DNA of 32,000 nucleotides from an uncultured delta proteobacterium (GTDB taxonomy: Bacteria > Myxococcota_A > Polyangia > Polyangiales > Polyangiaceae). Below are positions 1 through 11,494 of this stretch, piece after piece (position 1 is the stretch's first letter; each line of letters opens with the position of its first letter). The stretch is from assembly GCA_963839305.1 (NCBI GenBank), contig CAWIUL010000012.1, forward strand, positions 1 to 32,000, in the 5' to 3' direction. A program made the position numbers and the translations under genes. The notes beneath the pieces were generated by a model, which was not told the DNA's origin, did not search any database, and saw only the letters and a program-made list of their open reading frames with translations.

Positions 1-1434
1 CCGCCGCCGAGAGCATCACGAACGTCTTCGTGTAGGCGAGCGGCGAAAGAGACGACCCGCCTGTCCGTTCAAACCGAACACGGGAATGAACGACAACGCG
101 ATGATCAGGAGCGAGAAGAAGATCGCGGGCGTGACCTCCTTCGCCGCCTCGTCGAGCAGCTTCTTCTTTCGCTTGTGCATAGTTTGGCGGCGCCTGCTCG
201 AGCTTCTTGTGGCAGGCCTCGATCATGACGATCTCGGCGTCGACCGTGGCGCCGATGGCGATGGCGATGCCGCCCAGACTCATGATCGTCGCGGGTACCC
301 CGAAGAGGTACATGGGGATGAAGGCGAGCGCGACCGCCAGGGGCAGACCAAGATCGGGAGCGCGGCGCTGCGCAGGTGCAGCAAGAAGAGGATGATGACC
401 AGGCGCGACGGCGATCATTCCTCGAGGAGCGAGTTGAGGGTCTCGATGGCTCGCTCGATGAGCGAGGTGCGGTCATAGGTGGTGACGATCTCCACGCCGG
501 CGGGGAGCGTCCCGCGGAAGTCGTCCAGCTTGGTCTTGACCCGGTCAATGACGTCGTGGGGTTCTCCCCGAAGCGTGCCATCACGATCGCGCCGACGGTC
601 TCGCCCTTGCCGTCGAGCTCCGCGAGCCCTCGCCGAATGTCGCCGCCGAAGCGCACCGTCGCGACGTCGCTCACACGCACCGGCGTCCGTTGGCGTCCGC
701 TCTGACGTCGCGGCGCGAGGCCCGCGAGGTTCTCGAGGTAGCCCCGCCCGCGGACGAAGTACTCGCGGCCGCTCATCTCGAGCACGCGTCCGCCGACCTC
801 GCCGTTGGACTTGCGCACGGCCTCCGCGACCTCGCTCGACGCCGACCCCGTACGCCCGGAGCTTTCCGGGTCGAGCGTCACCTGGTACTGCCGCTCGTAG
901 CCGCCGACGCTCGCGACCTGAGCCACCCCGGGACGCTCTCGAGCGCGTAGCGCAGCGTGAAGTCCTGAAGCGTCCGGAGCTCGGCGAGATCGTGCTGCCC
1001 GGTCCTGTCCACGAGCGCGTACTCGAAGACCCAGCCGATCCCCGTGGCGTCCGGGCCGATCGCGGGCGCGACGCCGGCGGGAGCTTCGACTGATGCCGCT
1101 CATGTACTCGAGCACGCGCGAGCGCGCCCAGTACACGTCCGTGCCCTCGTCGAAGAGGACGTAGATGAACGACATGCCGAACATCGAGTAGCCGCGCACG
1201 GCGGTGACCTTGGGGGCGGCCAGCAGCGGCTTGCGATGGGTAGGTGACCTGGTCCTCGACCAGCGTCGGCGAGCGCCCCTTCCACTCGGTGAAGACGATG
1301 ACCTGCGGGTCGGATAGATCCGGGATCGCGTCGAGCTCGCGCTGCGGATGGACTCAGGGCGACGAGGCGAGCGCACAGACCAAGAACACGAACCAGCGGT
1401 GTTTCGCGGACAGCTCGATGATCTGCGCGACCAT
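1..1434 (-). pseudogene. CusA/CzcA-family heavy-metal RND efflux pump, N-terminal part (continues past window start); reading frame broken several times
   Basis: Minus-strand ATG at 1434 gives MVAQIIELSAKHRWFVFLV. Further CusA-like blocks lie in different frames: [113 protein letters not shown] and [14 protein letters not shown]. One example is a 1-nt gap near 40-46. Confidence 0.75.
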
Positions 1435-1438
1435 CGCG

Positions 1439-2864
1439 TCACCGCCACGGCTTCGGGATCGCGTTCTTGCAATCCGTCCACCATCGATCCCCATGCCGGC
1501 GTGCACTTGCTCGCATTTCTGGCACTCGGCGTATTTGTCGGGGCATTTCGCCTGGTCGAAATCTCGCGTCGCATGCCCCGCCTCGCCCGGGGCCGCTTCC
1601 GAGGTGGGCGACAGACGCTTGAAGGCGGCTCTCCGAGTCGATCAGGAACGTCGCGCCGGAGACGACGCTGTCCCCGGCACGAGGCCCGCAAGGATCGCGA
1701 TCTCCCCGCCGTCCGCTTCGCCGGCAGGACGGGCCGCGGCGAGTAACGGCCGATGCCTTCGACGATGAAGACGTAGGTGTACTGACCGTGTCACGACCGC
1801 GTCGCGAGGCACCATCGTGAGCGTGCGGCGCGCCGCGTCGAGCCCGACCGTGCCGTACTACCCAGGCGAGAGGCGCTTGTCCGCGTTGTCGAGCTGCATG
1901 CGCACGCGAGTGGTGCGCGCCTCGACGCTCACGCTCGGATAGACGAGATCGACCTGGGCCTTCGGCGCGCGCTCCGGGCGAACGGCTCGAGCGGAAGCGC
2001 CCGGCGAGCCCACGCGGATCGTGTCGATGTCGGGCTGGAAGACGTCCGCGATGACGAACACGCGAGAGAGGTCCTGGATCTCGTAGAGCGCCACCTCCGG
2101 CGTGACGCACGAGCCGAGCACGACGCCCTTCTTCAGGACGTAGCCGCCGATCGGAGCGATCACCGAGACTCCGCGCTTGGGCTCGCCCGTGCGCTGGATC
2201 TCGTCGATGTCCCGCGGGGGCATCCCGAGGAGCTCCAGCTTCGTGCGGCGCGCCTTCTAGGTCGGGTCCCCCCCGTCGCCCCTCCAGCGGCGGCTCGCGA
2301 GCAGCTCTTGCTCCGCCTCGAAAAACCACGGGGCGTACAACTAGAAGAGCGGCTGCCCCGCGAGACCGCGACGCCCGTTTGGGCCACCAAGATGCGCTCG
2401 ACGAAGCCCGGGGTGCGCACGTGGACCTCGGAGGCGCCCTGCTCCGGCGAGTCCACCATCGCGGTGACGCGCGCCGTGAGATACCTCGCGCGGTGGCGAC
2501 CGCGGTGCGGACGCCGATGGATTGCACCCGGTCGAGGGAGAGCTGGATGGGCGTCGTGCCGACGGGGGTCTTCTCCGTGGGCTTCCCGGCGTCGACGGGC
2601 CCCTCTTCGAAGGGCTCGAGCGTCATGTGACAGATTCCTTGGGCACTCGCCGGGCTCGTCGGAGACGATCTGCGGGTGCATCGGGCAGCGGTATTTCGTC
2701 TTCTTCGCGGGAGCCGTCGCGCTCGTCGTGTCCGAGCGCGCGAGCGTGACCCACGCGAAGACCGCGAGCGTCGCCATCGCGGCGAGCAGGACCCAGCGCA
2801 CGATTGCCATCGCGTGCGCGCCGCGCGGCGGCGGCTCCGGACCCACGGGCATGTCTGCGTTCAT
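1439..2864 (-). pseudogene. CusB/CzcB-like membrane-fusion (periplasmic adaptor) protein, frameshifted
   Basis: N-terminus MNADMPVGP...LLAAMATLAVFAWV, then metal motif YRCPMHPQIVSDEPGECP. A 1-nt shift near 2630 precedes ICHMTLEPFEEGPVD. The barrel/hairpin block VIAPIGGYVLKKGVVLGSCVTPEVALYEIQDLSRVFVIADVFQPDIDTIRVGSP...RVRMQLDNADKRLSPG (1858-2223) is in yet another frame. The ATG overlaps the upstream stop as ATGA (2861-2864). Confidence 0.7.
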
Positions 2865-4138
2865 GGCATCCTCCACTGCGTGAGAGGCTCTCGTGGGACT
2901 GCGAATCCGGCGGCCGCGTCGAGGTCGACGAGCGCGTGCTCGAGGGTCGTCGCGGCCACGAGGCGCGCGAGCTCCGCGTCGACGAGCGAGCGCGTCGCGA
3001 GGAGGAGATCGGCAAGTCCGTCTTCGCCGTCGTGTAAGCTCGCGAAGGCGACGTCGAGCGCCCTGTGCGTCGCGGGCAAGACCAGCTCGTCGTAGGACTT
3101 CACACGGAGCGCCGCGGCGGTCGCGTCACGCCACGCGAGCGCGACCTCGCCGGCGACGTCGACTCGTGCTCCCTCGACCCGCGTGCGCCAGGCGCTCGCC
3201 TCGAGCCGCGCGGCGTCGAACCGAGCCTTGCGCTCGCCCCAGAGCCACGGGAGCTCAACGGTGAGCGACGCGCCCGCACCGCTGATGCTCGTGGGTCCGA
3301 CGGGCGCGAAATAGGAGCGCGCCCACCGTGATCGCGGGCGCGAGCCACTCGCGCTTCGCGGCCGAGCTCCGAGCGTCCTCGACCTCCGCGGCCGCGCGCG
3401 CCATCGCCACCTCGGGCCGTCGCGACTGCCCCTCTTCGACGATGCGCGTGACGCTCCACGCGGGCGCCGAGGGCAACATGCTTGCGACGGGCTCGGGAAG
3501 CGCGCCGTCCACCTGACGAACGAGGAGCGCGTTGATTTGCGCGCGCGCGCCCTGCCGCCGGATGCGGGACTCCTCGTGCTCGACCGTCATCGTCGCGAGC
3601 TCGACGTCCGCTTGCGTCACGTCGGAGAGTGGCCGCCGGCTTCGGTCTTCGCGCGCGCCGCCGCGACGATGCGCTGGGCGAGGTCGATGTGCGTCCCGTG
3701 GAGACGCATGCGCTCCGTCGCCTCGTAGTAGTCGACGAACGCGTGCGCGGCGCGCTTCCGTAGATCGCGCTCGACGTTCGACGTCTCGAGCTTCACCGCG
3801 CGAGCCTCCGCGCGGACGGCGTCGGCCCGAGCGCCGAGCGCCAACCCCATCGCGGGGAACGACTGCCGCACGCCAGCCATGAGCATTCCCTGCGTGCTCG
3901 TGAACGGCAGCTGCCAGATCTGAACCTCGAGCTCGGGGCTCGGGAGCTTGCCCTCCGCGTCTGCGCGACGCTCGATTGCGCTCGCGCGTTCTTGGGTCGC
4001 GCGGATCGTCGGGTTGCGCTCGACGGCGAGCGACACGACGGCCTCGCGATCGAGGGGCGATGGGATTTCCGGAGCGATCGCGCTCGGGCTCGCGAAGAGC
4101 AAGAGCGCGCCGGCTGCGAACGTGCAGCGAAGACGCAG
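2861..4138 (-). pseudogene. TolC/CusC-like outer-membrane efflux factor, frameshifted; no canonical start (CTG after an in-frame TAA)
   Basis: Signal-like (L)RLRCTFAAGALLLFASPSA followed by PLDREAVVSLAVERNPTIRATQERASAIERRADAEGKLPSPELEVQIWQLPF. Later blocks (3255-3620 and 2861-3103, the latter reading ...DELVLPATHRALDVAFASLHDGEDGLADLLLATRSLVDAELARLVAATTLEHALVDLDAAAG) are in other frames. Confidence 0.65.
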
Positions 4139-4192
4139 TTATCTCCTCTGGAAGCAGATGGAACGCGAACGCCGGCCGTCAGCCGGTCGCGG

Positions 4193-4573
4193 TCACAGGA
4201 GGAAGACGGAGAGTCGAGCGTGCTGACGTTCGAGCGGCGGTCCGGTCCAATCGGGCAGAGCGCCGTTTGCGACGCGAGAAGAAGACGCGGGCGGGATGAT
4301 CGCGAGCGGCGCGCCGAACGTCGGCAGGAGATCGCTCGTGATCGCCGCGGTCACGATCGGCTGGACGGCGTCACCAGGCGACGCGTGCGTGCGGACCTCG
4401 CAGCAGCTCGCGACGTCGAGCGTGGGAGTCGCGTCGTGGCGCTCGCTCGCGCAGCACCCGTCCATCACGGTGTTCGTCGTGCGGCAGACCATGTAGCCGC
4501 GACCGGCGACGAGGACGGCAGCGAAGAGCGCAGCGGCCAAGAGCAGGCCGAAGGCTCGACGCACGGTCGCCAC
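4193..4573 (-). CDS. small exported Cys-rich protein heading the efflux operon (function unknown, possibly metal-related)
   Basis: Intact 126-aa ORF with N-terminal hydrophobic segment FGLLLAAALFAAVLVAG and CC pairs (DGCCASE, SCCEV). It is co-directional with and directly upstream of the OMF-MFP-RND genes. Confidence 0.5.
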   Translation of the reverse strand: MATVRRAFGLLLAAALFAAVLVAGRGYMVCRTTNTVMDGCCASERHDATPTLDVASCCEVRTHASPGDAVQPIVTAAITSDLLPTFGAPLAIIPPASSSRVANGALPDWTGPPLERQHARLSVFLL

Positions 4574-4587
4574 AACCGTTCATGTTC

Positions 4588-7092
4588 CTAATTGTGGTCA
4601 CGCGCCTCCCGTATGGTCAAGTGCGGTCGCATCACCCCGAGGATGCGCTTCATCCACTGCACCAGCAGCAGGTACGTGGCGGTCGCGACCACGAGGAACA
4701 CGAAGTAGCGCGCCGGCAGCGGCACGAACCCGAGCAAGCGCGCGAGCGGCGTGAGCGGCAGGACGCACGCGATCGCCACGACGCGCGCACGGTCGTGAGC
4801 GCGAGCGGGCGGCTCGGGCGGCTCGCGGAACGGGCTTCGCATCGTGCGGATGACGAAGAGCACGAGCGTCTGCGTCGCCAGCGACTCGACGAACCAGCCG
4901 GTGTGGAAGAGCGCCTCGCCGGCGTGGAAGACGTGCAGCAGCACGAAGAAGGTCAGAAAGTCGTAGAGCGAGCTGATCGGCCCGATGACGAGCATGAAGT
5001 TGCGGATCAGTCCGGATGTCCCAGCGCTGCGGCTTGCGGATGAACGTCGGGTCCACGTTGTCGGTCGGGATCGTGACCTGCGCGAGGTCGTAGAGGAAGT
5101 TGTTGAGGAGGATCTGCGTCGGCAGCATCGGCAGGAACGGCAGGAACAGCGACGCGCCCGCCATGCTGAACATGTTGCCGAAGTTCGAGCTGGTGCCCAT
5201 GAGCAGGTACTTCATGACGTTGCCGAACGCCTTGCGCCCCTCGAGGATGCCCGCGTGCAGCACGCCGAGACCGCGTTCGAGCAGGATGATGTCGGCGGCG
5301 TCGCGCGCGACATCGACCGCGCCGGCGACGGAGATGCCGACGTCGGCCGCGTGGAGCGACGGCGCGTCGTTGATGCCGTCGCCGAGGAAGCCGACGACGT
5401 GGCCTGCGGCGCTTCAGCGCGAGGATGATGCGGTTCTTCTGCGCGGGCGAGACGCGCGCGAAGACGCGTCGTCTGCTCGGCGACGTGCGCGAGCGCGGCG
5501 TCGCGTCATCCGCTCGATCTCGTCGCCCAGGACGATCTCGCTCGCGTCGATGCCCGACCTCGCTCGCAGACGTGGCGCGTGACCAGCTCGTTGTCGCCGG
5601 TGAGGATCTTGACCGTGGACGCCGTCGCGCTGCAGCGCGTCGATCGCGTCGCGCGCGTCTTCGCAGCGGCGGATCGGCGAACGCGAGGAAGCCGGCGAGC
5701 ACCAGATCGCGCTCGTCGGCGCGGCGTAGGCGGCCTGCGCCGGCGACGTCGCGCGTACGCGACGGCGAGCACGCGGAAGCCCTCGCGCGCTCAGCGCCTC
5801 GGTACGCGCTGCGGCACTGCGCGCGGCCGTCGCGCGTCGAGCGCGGCGCCGCTCCGACCGCCGTGCGAGCGCAGCGAGGATCGCCTTCCGGCGCGCCTTT
5901 GGTGATCAGGAGCCGCTCGCCCGTCCTGCTCGACGACGACCGAAGGCGGCGGCGCTCGAAGTCGAACGGGATCTCGTCGATCTTCGTGTAGCCGCGGCGT
6001 CGGCCGGCGTCGCGGCGCGCGCGAGGATCGCCGCGTCGAGCGGGCTCGGATGCCGGTCTCGAAGCGGCTGTTGATCGCGGCGAGCCAGGAGCACCGGCGC
6101 TCGGCTGCGCGCCGAGCGCGTCGAGCGCGCGCATCGAGCTCATCTCGCCCGCGGTGAGCGTGCCGGTCTTGTCGCTGCACAGGATGTCGATGCTGCCGAA
6201 GTTCTGGATCGCGGCGAGGTGCTTGACGATGACCTTGCTCGCGCGCCATCGCGACCGCGCCGCTGCGCGAGCGTCACCGTGGTGATCATCGGCAGGAACT
6301 CGGGCGTGAGACCCGACGGCCAGCGCGACCGCGAAGAGCAGCGACTCGAGCGCGTCGCGGTGCATCGCGATGCTCGACGACGAGGATGAACAGCACCAGG
6401 AAGAAGCACCGTCTGCATGATCAGGAAGCCGAACTGCGCGATGCCGCGCTCGAACTCGGTCTCGGGCGGCGCGCGTCGCGAGCCGCGTCGCGATGTCGCC
6501 GAACGCGTCGCGCGCGCCGGTCGCGAGCACCAGCGCGGTCGCCGTGCCGCTCACGACCGAGGTTCCGAGGAAGACCATGTCGCGTCCGTCGCGCTCCGCG
6601 CCGCGCGCTCCTTCTCGACCGGCAGCGACTCGCCGGTGAGCGCCGCCTCCTGCACGTGCAGGTCCTGCGCCTCGAGCAGCCGCGCGTCGGCCGGGAACGA
6701 GATCGCCCGCGGACAGGCGGACGACGTCGCCGGGCACGAGCTCGCGGCGCGGCAGCTCGACGCCACGCGCCGTCGCGCAGCACGGTCGCGGTGGGCGCGA
6801 CCTGCGTCGCGCAGCCGCCGGCGGCACGCTCCGAGCGAAACGTCTGACGAAGTTCGACGATCACGCTGAGCGACGACCATCGACGACGATGATCGCCGCG
6901 TTCGCGAGCTCGCCGACGAACGCCGACACGCCGCTCGCGAGGAGCAGGATCGACGACGAGCGGGTTCGCGAACTGGACAGGAGCTCCATCAGGTGCGAGC
7001 GCTGCTTCTGGGGCGCCGGGTCGTTGGCGCCGCTGTCACGATGCGCGCTTGCGCCTCGCGCGACGAAAGACCTCGCGGCGTTCGTTGCGCGT
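4588..7092 (-). pseudogene. MgtA-like Mg2+-type P-type ATPase, multiply frameshifted
   Basis: ATG at 7092 (MSVDAQRTPRGLSSREAQARIV). Blocks lie in different frames: ILLLASGVSAFVGELANAAIIVV, SIDILCSDKTGTLTAGEM (DKTGT phosphorylation motif, ~6160-6200), GDGINDAPSLHAADVGISVAG, LHAGILEGRKAFGNVMKYLLMGTSSNFGNMFSMAGASLFLPFLPMLPTQILLNNFLYDLAQ. The C-terminus GPISSLYDFLTFFVLLHVFHAGEALFHTGWFVESLATQTLVLFVIRT is also recognisable. Confidence 0.75.
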
Positions 7093-7305
7093 CCACGCTC
7101 ATCCTCCGAACTTACGTCCGCTACGGCGGACTGCAGACGACGGCCCAGGCATTGGGATCCGACGTCCGAGACACGTGCGCACAGTGCTCGCATGCTTGAC
7201 ACACGAGCACTGGCATGCGCACGCGGCGCCGCGGACAGTCCACCGTCGCCGTGCCGACGCCGCGATTGGCGTCGTGCACGTGAAGGAGGAAGACCCGCGA
7301 CGCGT

Positions 7306-7801
7306 TCATGACTTCGTGGTCTTGATTTGGATGTTCTTCGGCTGCTGCTCCGGCTTCTTGGGAACGATCACCGAGAGGACGCCATCTTTGGAGATCGGCT
7401 TGCGCCTTTTGAATGTCAGCGCCGTCGGGGAGCGTGAATGACCGCGTGAAGCTGCCGTAGCTACGTTCGTACGTGTAATACGTATCGGTTTGCTTCTTCT
7501 CCTCGCTTTCTCGTTTGCCAGAAATCGTGAGCCGGTTCCCATTGACTTGGATGTTGATGTCACCCTCCTTCACACCAGGGACGTCGACCTGGAAGTGAAA
7601 ACCATCCTGCGTTTCTTTGACGTCGAACGCGGGCAGAAACTGCTCTTCGGCGAGCATCGGGGTCGTGAAGAACGGCTCCATCTCGCGGAATGGATCCATC
7701 CGAACAGCGCCCGCATCATGCGTGACGGCTCGGAGATCTCGCGACGCGTGGGGCGCGCAACCGGTTGGTGTTGGTCCTTCCGAACGGCGATGTTGGCCAT
7801 G
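7306..7801 (-). pseudogene. Hsp20/alpha-crystallin small heat-shock protein with two frameshifts
   Basis: MANIAVRKDQHQPVARP...RALFGW, then a shift near 7700. DPFREMEPFF...FLPAFDVKETQDGFHFQVDVPGVKEGDINIQVNGNRLTISGKRE...YGSFTRSFTLPDGADIQKAQADL, then a shift near 7400. DGVLSVIVPKKPEQQPKNIQIKTTKS ends the protein. Confidence 0.8.
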
Positions 7802-7943
7802 ACTCGCTCCTCCATCTCTTGGGTTGGCCCTCGCGTCATTTCAAGGGGCGTTCCAGCAAAAAAAGAGTCGATTTCCCGACGGACGAGGCGCTCCGCAGCG
7901 CGCCCGGTGCGCACGGACGCACGCCTTGCAGGCTTCGGATAAA

Positions 7944-8655
7944 GTGGGGACCCGCATCGCGGATCGCTACGTCGTGCTCGGCGACCTCGGCGCGCTCGCC
8001 AAGCTCGAGGCCAAGCCGTGGAACGGCAACACGGCAACGCGCCTCGCGACGAGCGTCATCGTCCTTGGAGCTTTCCTCGGCAAGCCCGTCGACGCTCCGA
8101 TCACCGACTTCCTGAACCGGTTCGTGTTCGCCGATCCGCCTGCGCTCACGCACGGGGTGACGACGATGTTCGGAGTGCTTGCAGTCTGCACGCAATCGAA
8201 AGGAGCCGAGGCGACGCGCTGCCTCGAGCGGATCGCGAGCCTCTACGACCGCGAGTGGTTCGGCGGCGCCGTGCTCAGCGGCAAGGACGGCATCGACGGC
8301 ACGCGCCGTCACCTCCAAGGCGACTTCGCGGGCGCCGCCAAAGCGTGGCGACCCGTCGCGAACGAGCTCTTGGCCGACATCATGCGCGGCCCCATGGTCG
8401 CCGCCTTCGACCGCGCTGGCGACACCGAGCTCGCGCACCACCTCGACGAGCAGCCCGTCGCCGCGAACCTGGAGCTCGCCCGAGATCAAGGATCTCTGTT
8501 GGGTCCGCGAGGCGCTCCGCGCGGAGAAACGCGGGGACCTGCCGCAGGCGCAGAAGCTCGCGCGCACGTTCGTCGATCGCTGGCAGACGGCCGACGAGAT
8601 CCCGCCGGCCATCGCCGAAATGAAGCGCGTGCTCGCGAGGAGCAAAGTGAGCTAA
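7944..8655 (+). pseudogene. hypothetical protein, one frameshift near 8475
   Basis: GTG start, VGTRIADRYVVLGDLG...REWFGGAVLSGKDGIDGTRRHLQGDFAGAAKAWRPVANELLADIMRGP...NLELA. It continues in another frame as EIKDLCWVREALRAEKRGDLPQAQKLARTFVDRWQTADEIPPAIAEMKRVLARSKVS. Confidence 0.4.
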
Positions 8656-8669
8656 TCCGGGACTCGTCC

Positions 8670-8744
<75 letters not shown>

Positions 8745-8773
8745 CCCAGAATCACGCTGAATTCTTTGGGTTT

Positions 8774-8800
8774 GGCGTTCGCGGATCCTCCGCGAACGCC
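8774..8800 (+). terminator. perfect 12-bp hairpin just downstream of tRNA-Arg
   Basis: ggcgttcgcgga-tcc-tccgcgaacgcc. There is no clear U-tract, so it is a terminator or processing hairpin. Confidence 0.45.
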
Positions 8801-9022
8801 CATCAAGTACTCCGCATGTCCACCCAATCTGCGGCACCGGTGCGGCAACCGCGCCGAGTTTCGAACGGACGACGCGTTCGGTCTGTGGTCGAGTACTCGG
8901 CCTGACTACCTCGCAGACCTACTGGTGTGAGCGCGGGGCGACGTGGCCACGTTCCCCCCTCGACGGAGAGCTGCAGAGCGGAGCCGCGAGGGGTCGAAGC
9001 TTCGTGCTGAAGGCGGGGAGAG

Positions 9023-9232
9023 CTACGTGGTCGCGGGACGGAGAGTACGGAGCGCACCGCTCAGAGGCACCGCGCGCGGCGCGGGCAGCTTCGCGATCGT
9101 CTCGACGATCTTCCGCTTGCCGCGCGCACGGCGAGCGCCGCGCGTGTAGCGAGGGTCGATGGCGTCGATCATCCGGTCCGCCATGTCCTCATCCTTCACG
9201 CGCGCGTAAACGGTCGCCAAAGCGAACTTCAC
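9023..9232 (-). CDS. small hypothetical protein, possibly ribbon-helix-helix-like
   Basis: 69-aa ORF VKFALATVYARVKDEDMADRMIDAIDPRYTRGARRARGKRKIVETIAKL, divergent from the ATPase gene. The fold assignment is a guess. Confidence 0.3.
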   Translation of the reverse strand: MKFALATVYARVKDEDMADRMIDAIDPRYTRGARRARGKRKIVETIAKLPAPRAVPLSGALRTLRPATT

Positions 9233-9783
9233 GGTGGTGCGAATCGGAGGCGTACGGAAAGCTGCGGCTCGGCGCGGGAGTGCTGCTCGTCGCGTACGGC
9301 CCGCCCGGCAGCGGCAAGTCGACGTTCACCACTCGGCTGCTCGACGCATTCACGGCCCCGTCGTCTATCAGTCCACCGAAGAGGGCCTTGGGCCGACGCT
9401 GCACGCTCGACTCGCGCGATGCCGGGTTCGTCGAGACGACTTCACCATCGTTGGCAGCGCCTCCATCGACCAAGTCGTCGACGTCCTCCGCACGAGGCGC
9501 GCGACCGCGCTCGCCGTGGATTCGGTGCAAGTCGCCGCATACACGGCCGAAGAACTGAGGCGCTTGTTGATCGTGCTCGGTCCCACGCTGCAGATCGTCG
9601 TGGGAACATGCCAAGTGAACAAAACCGGGGCGCATCGAAGGGCGCGAGCGGCTGCTGCACGAGGCCGATGTCGTCGTGCGCGTCGAATCGATGGTGTGGG
9701 TAGTCGAGAAGAGTCGCTTTCAGCCGAGCGGCGTCGAAGGGGCAGTGCTCCAAAAAGAGGAGGACCATGATGAGACTTCGTGA
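9231..9783 (+). pseudogene. RecA/RadA(Sms)-like P-loop ATPase (phage-type), at least two frameshifts
   Basis: Walker A block GAGVLLVAYGPPGSGKSTFTTRLLDAF is in frame 1. GPVVYQSTEEGLGPTLHARLARC...FTIVGSASIDQVVDVLRTRRATALAVDSVQV is in frame 3. After aacaaaaccgggg (~9625) comes GRIEGRERLLHEADVVVRVESMVWVVEKSRFQPSGVEGAVL, stop at 9781-9783. Confidence 0.6.
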
Positions 9784-10104
9784 TGTGACGTGCGCGTTCT
9801 GTCTAAACGACCGTGCCCAGTGGCGTGTGACGTGAAGGGCCGTCCGTACCTGACCTGCACCTGCGGTACGCGCGCCTTTGTCCCGAACTTGCGCGACGCG
9901 GTGCGGTATCTCGCGACGACCGAGCCGCTGCTCCGGGCGCACGGCGAATTGCTCGCGACGGACAAGGAGTTCGCGGCGAAGACCGTCGAGCGCGAAGCCG
10001 AGGTCGCGACGGCCTTCGCGAGCATGCTCCAGCCCAAGACCACCACCGACAGCGATCCGGAATTGGCGCCCGCTGTCAGCGCCGAGAAGAAGAGGAAGTC
10101 ATGA
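9767..10104 (+). pseudogene. small Zn-ribbon protein, frameshifted near 9815-9830
   Basis: MMRLRDVTCAFCLNDRA.. continues in the next frame as CDVKGRPYLTCTCGTRAFVPNLRDAVRYLATTEPLLRAHGELL. This gives a CxxC...CxC pattern. Confidence 0.4.
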
Positions 10105-10198
10105 AGCCGGGATCCATTCTCCCGACACCGCTGCCGTCGAAGTCAGAACCCGGCGCACGCGGAACCGAGCGGGCGACCTTGCCCGCGTGTTCGCTCGG

Positions 10199-10456
10199 AT
10201 GGAGGAGATCGCAGACGAGAAGGCCGACGCCGCGAAGGCCGTGACGACGACGGTGCAGGCCGAGACCGTCGAGGCCGTCGCCGAGGCCGAGCTCGTCGCC
10301 AGGCTCAACGCGGAGGCGAGGGCCATCGAGAGCGACAACCACACGCGCCTCACGAACTTGCTCTTGCGCGGCGCGATGTACGGCACGGGCGCCTTCGTCT
10401 TCGGCAAGCTCTTCTTCGGGAGCAAGCGCACGCGGAACCACAAGGAGTCGAAATGA
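10199..10456 (+). CDS. small hypothetical protein with C-terminal hydrophobic helix
   Basis: MEEIADEKADAAKAV...LTNLLLRGAMYGTGAFVFGKLFFGSKRTRNHKESK. An upstream ATG at 10101 is in a different frame, so the start is uncertain. Confidence 0.3.
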   Translation: MEEIADEKADAAKAVTTTVQAETVEAVAEAELVARLNAEARAIESDNHTRLTNLLLRGAMYGTGAFVFGKLFFGSKRTRNHKESK

Positions 10457-10919
10457 GCATCATCGCCGCAGGCACGGTCGCGAATCTCGCGACCCGCACT
10501 TTGGACCAAACGCTCCCGAGCTCCAGGTTCGGTGACGAAGCCCTTCGCCTCTCGAGCGTGCTCGTGAACGTCTCGCGCGCGCGAAGGCGAAGCGCAAAGC
10601 GATCGACGCGTGGGAGCAGTACGGCACGCCGCTCTCCATCCTCGTTGGGACGGCCGCGGCGCTCAAAGGCAATCGATCCGAAACCGGAGGGTTCTCCTCC
10701 CTGCTCTTTGAAAATCGGACAGGACTTGGGCCACCGAAAGGTGGCTCTCTCCTGATTGTCTCGAGGCGTTTCAGTCGTCGAGGTCGTCGTCCTCGGCAAG
10801 CACGCCGTCGAGCTTTCCGTCGAGCCCAGGTCCGCGACGAGGATCACGTCGGCCAGCGTATGAGTCGACACGCCGGCACGTAAACCAAATCCGTCAATCG
10901 CGTTGCGGCGCCAGTTCGA

Positions 10920-11348
10920 TCACAGCGGCAGCTTCATCTTCGCCTGCTCAGGAGTGCGCGCGCCTTTCCTGTCGTTGCACGCGTAGCAAGACGTGACGAT
11001 GTTCTCCCACGCGGTCTTGCCGCCCTGCACGCGTGGGACGACGTGATCGTAGTTGAGCTTGTCCATCGCGAACCGCGTCGCGCAGTACTGGCAGACGAAG
11101 TTGTCGCGGGCCATCACGTTGATGCGCGAGAACTTCACGCCCTTCTTGAAGGAAGCAACGGGCTTGATCAGTCGCGCGACAGCAGGCATGCGAATGGTGA
11201 GGTTTCGCTCCTTCGAGGAGTAGATGATTTCGTCGTACTCGCTGAGGATCTCCACCTTGCCGGTGAAGTGCTCGGTGATCACTTCCTGCCAGGAAGCAAC
11301 GCGATGCGGAATCATATAGTGATTGAGAACGAGTGTTGGGAGGCTCAT
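10920..11348 (-). CDS. HNH endonuclease (phage-type), intact
   Basis: 142 aa with VCQYCATRF....LNYDHVVPRVQGGKTAWENIVTSCYACNDRKGARTPEQA (CxxC...H-N-H...CxxC). It is visibly more AT-rich than its surroundings. The ATG lies 20 nt downstream of the last tRNA of the array on the same strand. Confidence 0.85.
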   Translation of the reverse strand: MSLPTLVLNHYMIPHRVASWQEVITEHFTGKVEILSEYDEIIYSSKERNLTIRMPAVARLIKPVASFKKGVKFSRINVMARDNFVCQYCATRFAMDKLNYDHVVPRVQGGKTAWENIVTSCYACNDRKGARTPEQAKMKLPL

Positions 11349-11368
11349 GACACACCAATGGATGTTCG

Positions 11369-11441
11369 TGGGCGCACGTGGAATTGAACCACGATTTCCG
11401 ACTTATCAGGCCGGTGTCTTAGACCTTTCGACGATGCGCCC
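11369..11441 (-). tRNA. tRNA-Ile (anticodon GAT)
   Basis: Acceptor GGGCGCA/TGCGCCC, anticodon arm CCGGC-CTGATAA-GTCGG, T arm CGTGG-TTCAATT-CCACG, A73, no encoded CCA. Confidence 0.85.
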
Positions 11442-11494
11442 GAGTTGACGACTTCAATGCGACAGACGAATGACGGCACGATTGCAGACTGCGG

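Noticed and set aside
1434-1620. A frame running from the CusB-like C-terminus (..KCPDKYAECQKCEQVHAGMGIDGG..) without a stop into the CusA ATG, suggesting a fusion
   Set aside because: Given the many frame breaks nearby, the neighbouring frame ending in TGA at 1439-1441 is just as plausible. A fusion cannot be supported.
105-1691. 528-aa Arg/Ser/Pro-rich minus-strand ORF from the ORF track
   Set aside because: It mixes short in-frame CusA blocks with long off-frame stretches typical of GC-rich DNA. It is better explained as a frameshifted CusA-like gene starting at 1434.
5007-6827. 606-aa minus-strand ORF
   Set aside because: Only parts of it (e.g. SIDILCSDKTGTLTAGEM) are real MgtA sequence. 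The rest is an Arg-rich off-frame reading of the same frameshifted P-type ATPase gene.
8745-9022. Searched for a tyrosine or serine integrase and an att repeat next to tRNA-Arg
   Set aside because: No integrase-like frame appears on either strand, and I saw no duplicate of the tRNA 3' end by eye. The island is therefore reported without mobility genes.
10453-10919. Several short overlapping ORFs on both strands (10453-10755 plus; 10350-10871 minus; a possible acidic C-terminus ..LDGKLDGVLAEDDDLDD)
   Set aside because: The frames cannot be resolved without homologs, frameshifts are likely, and no motif was recognised.
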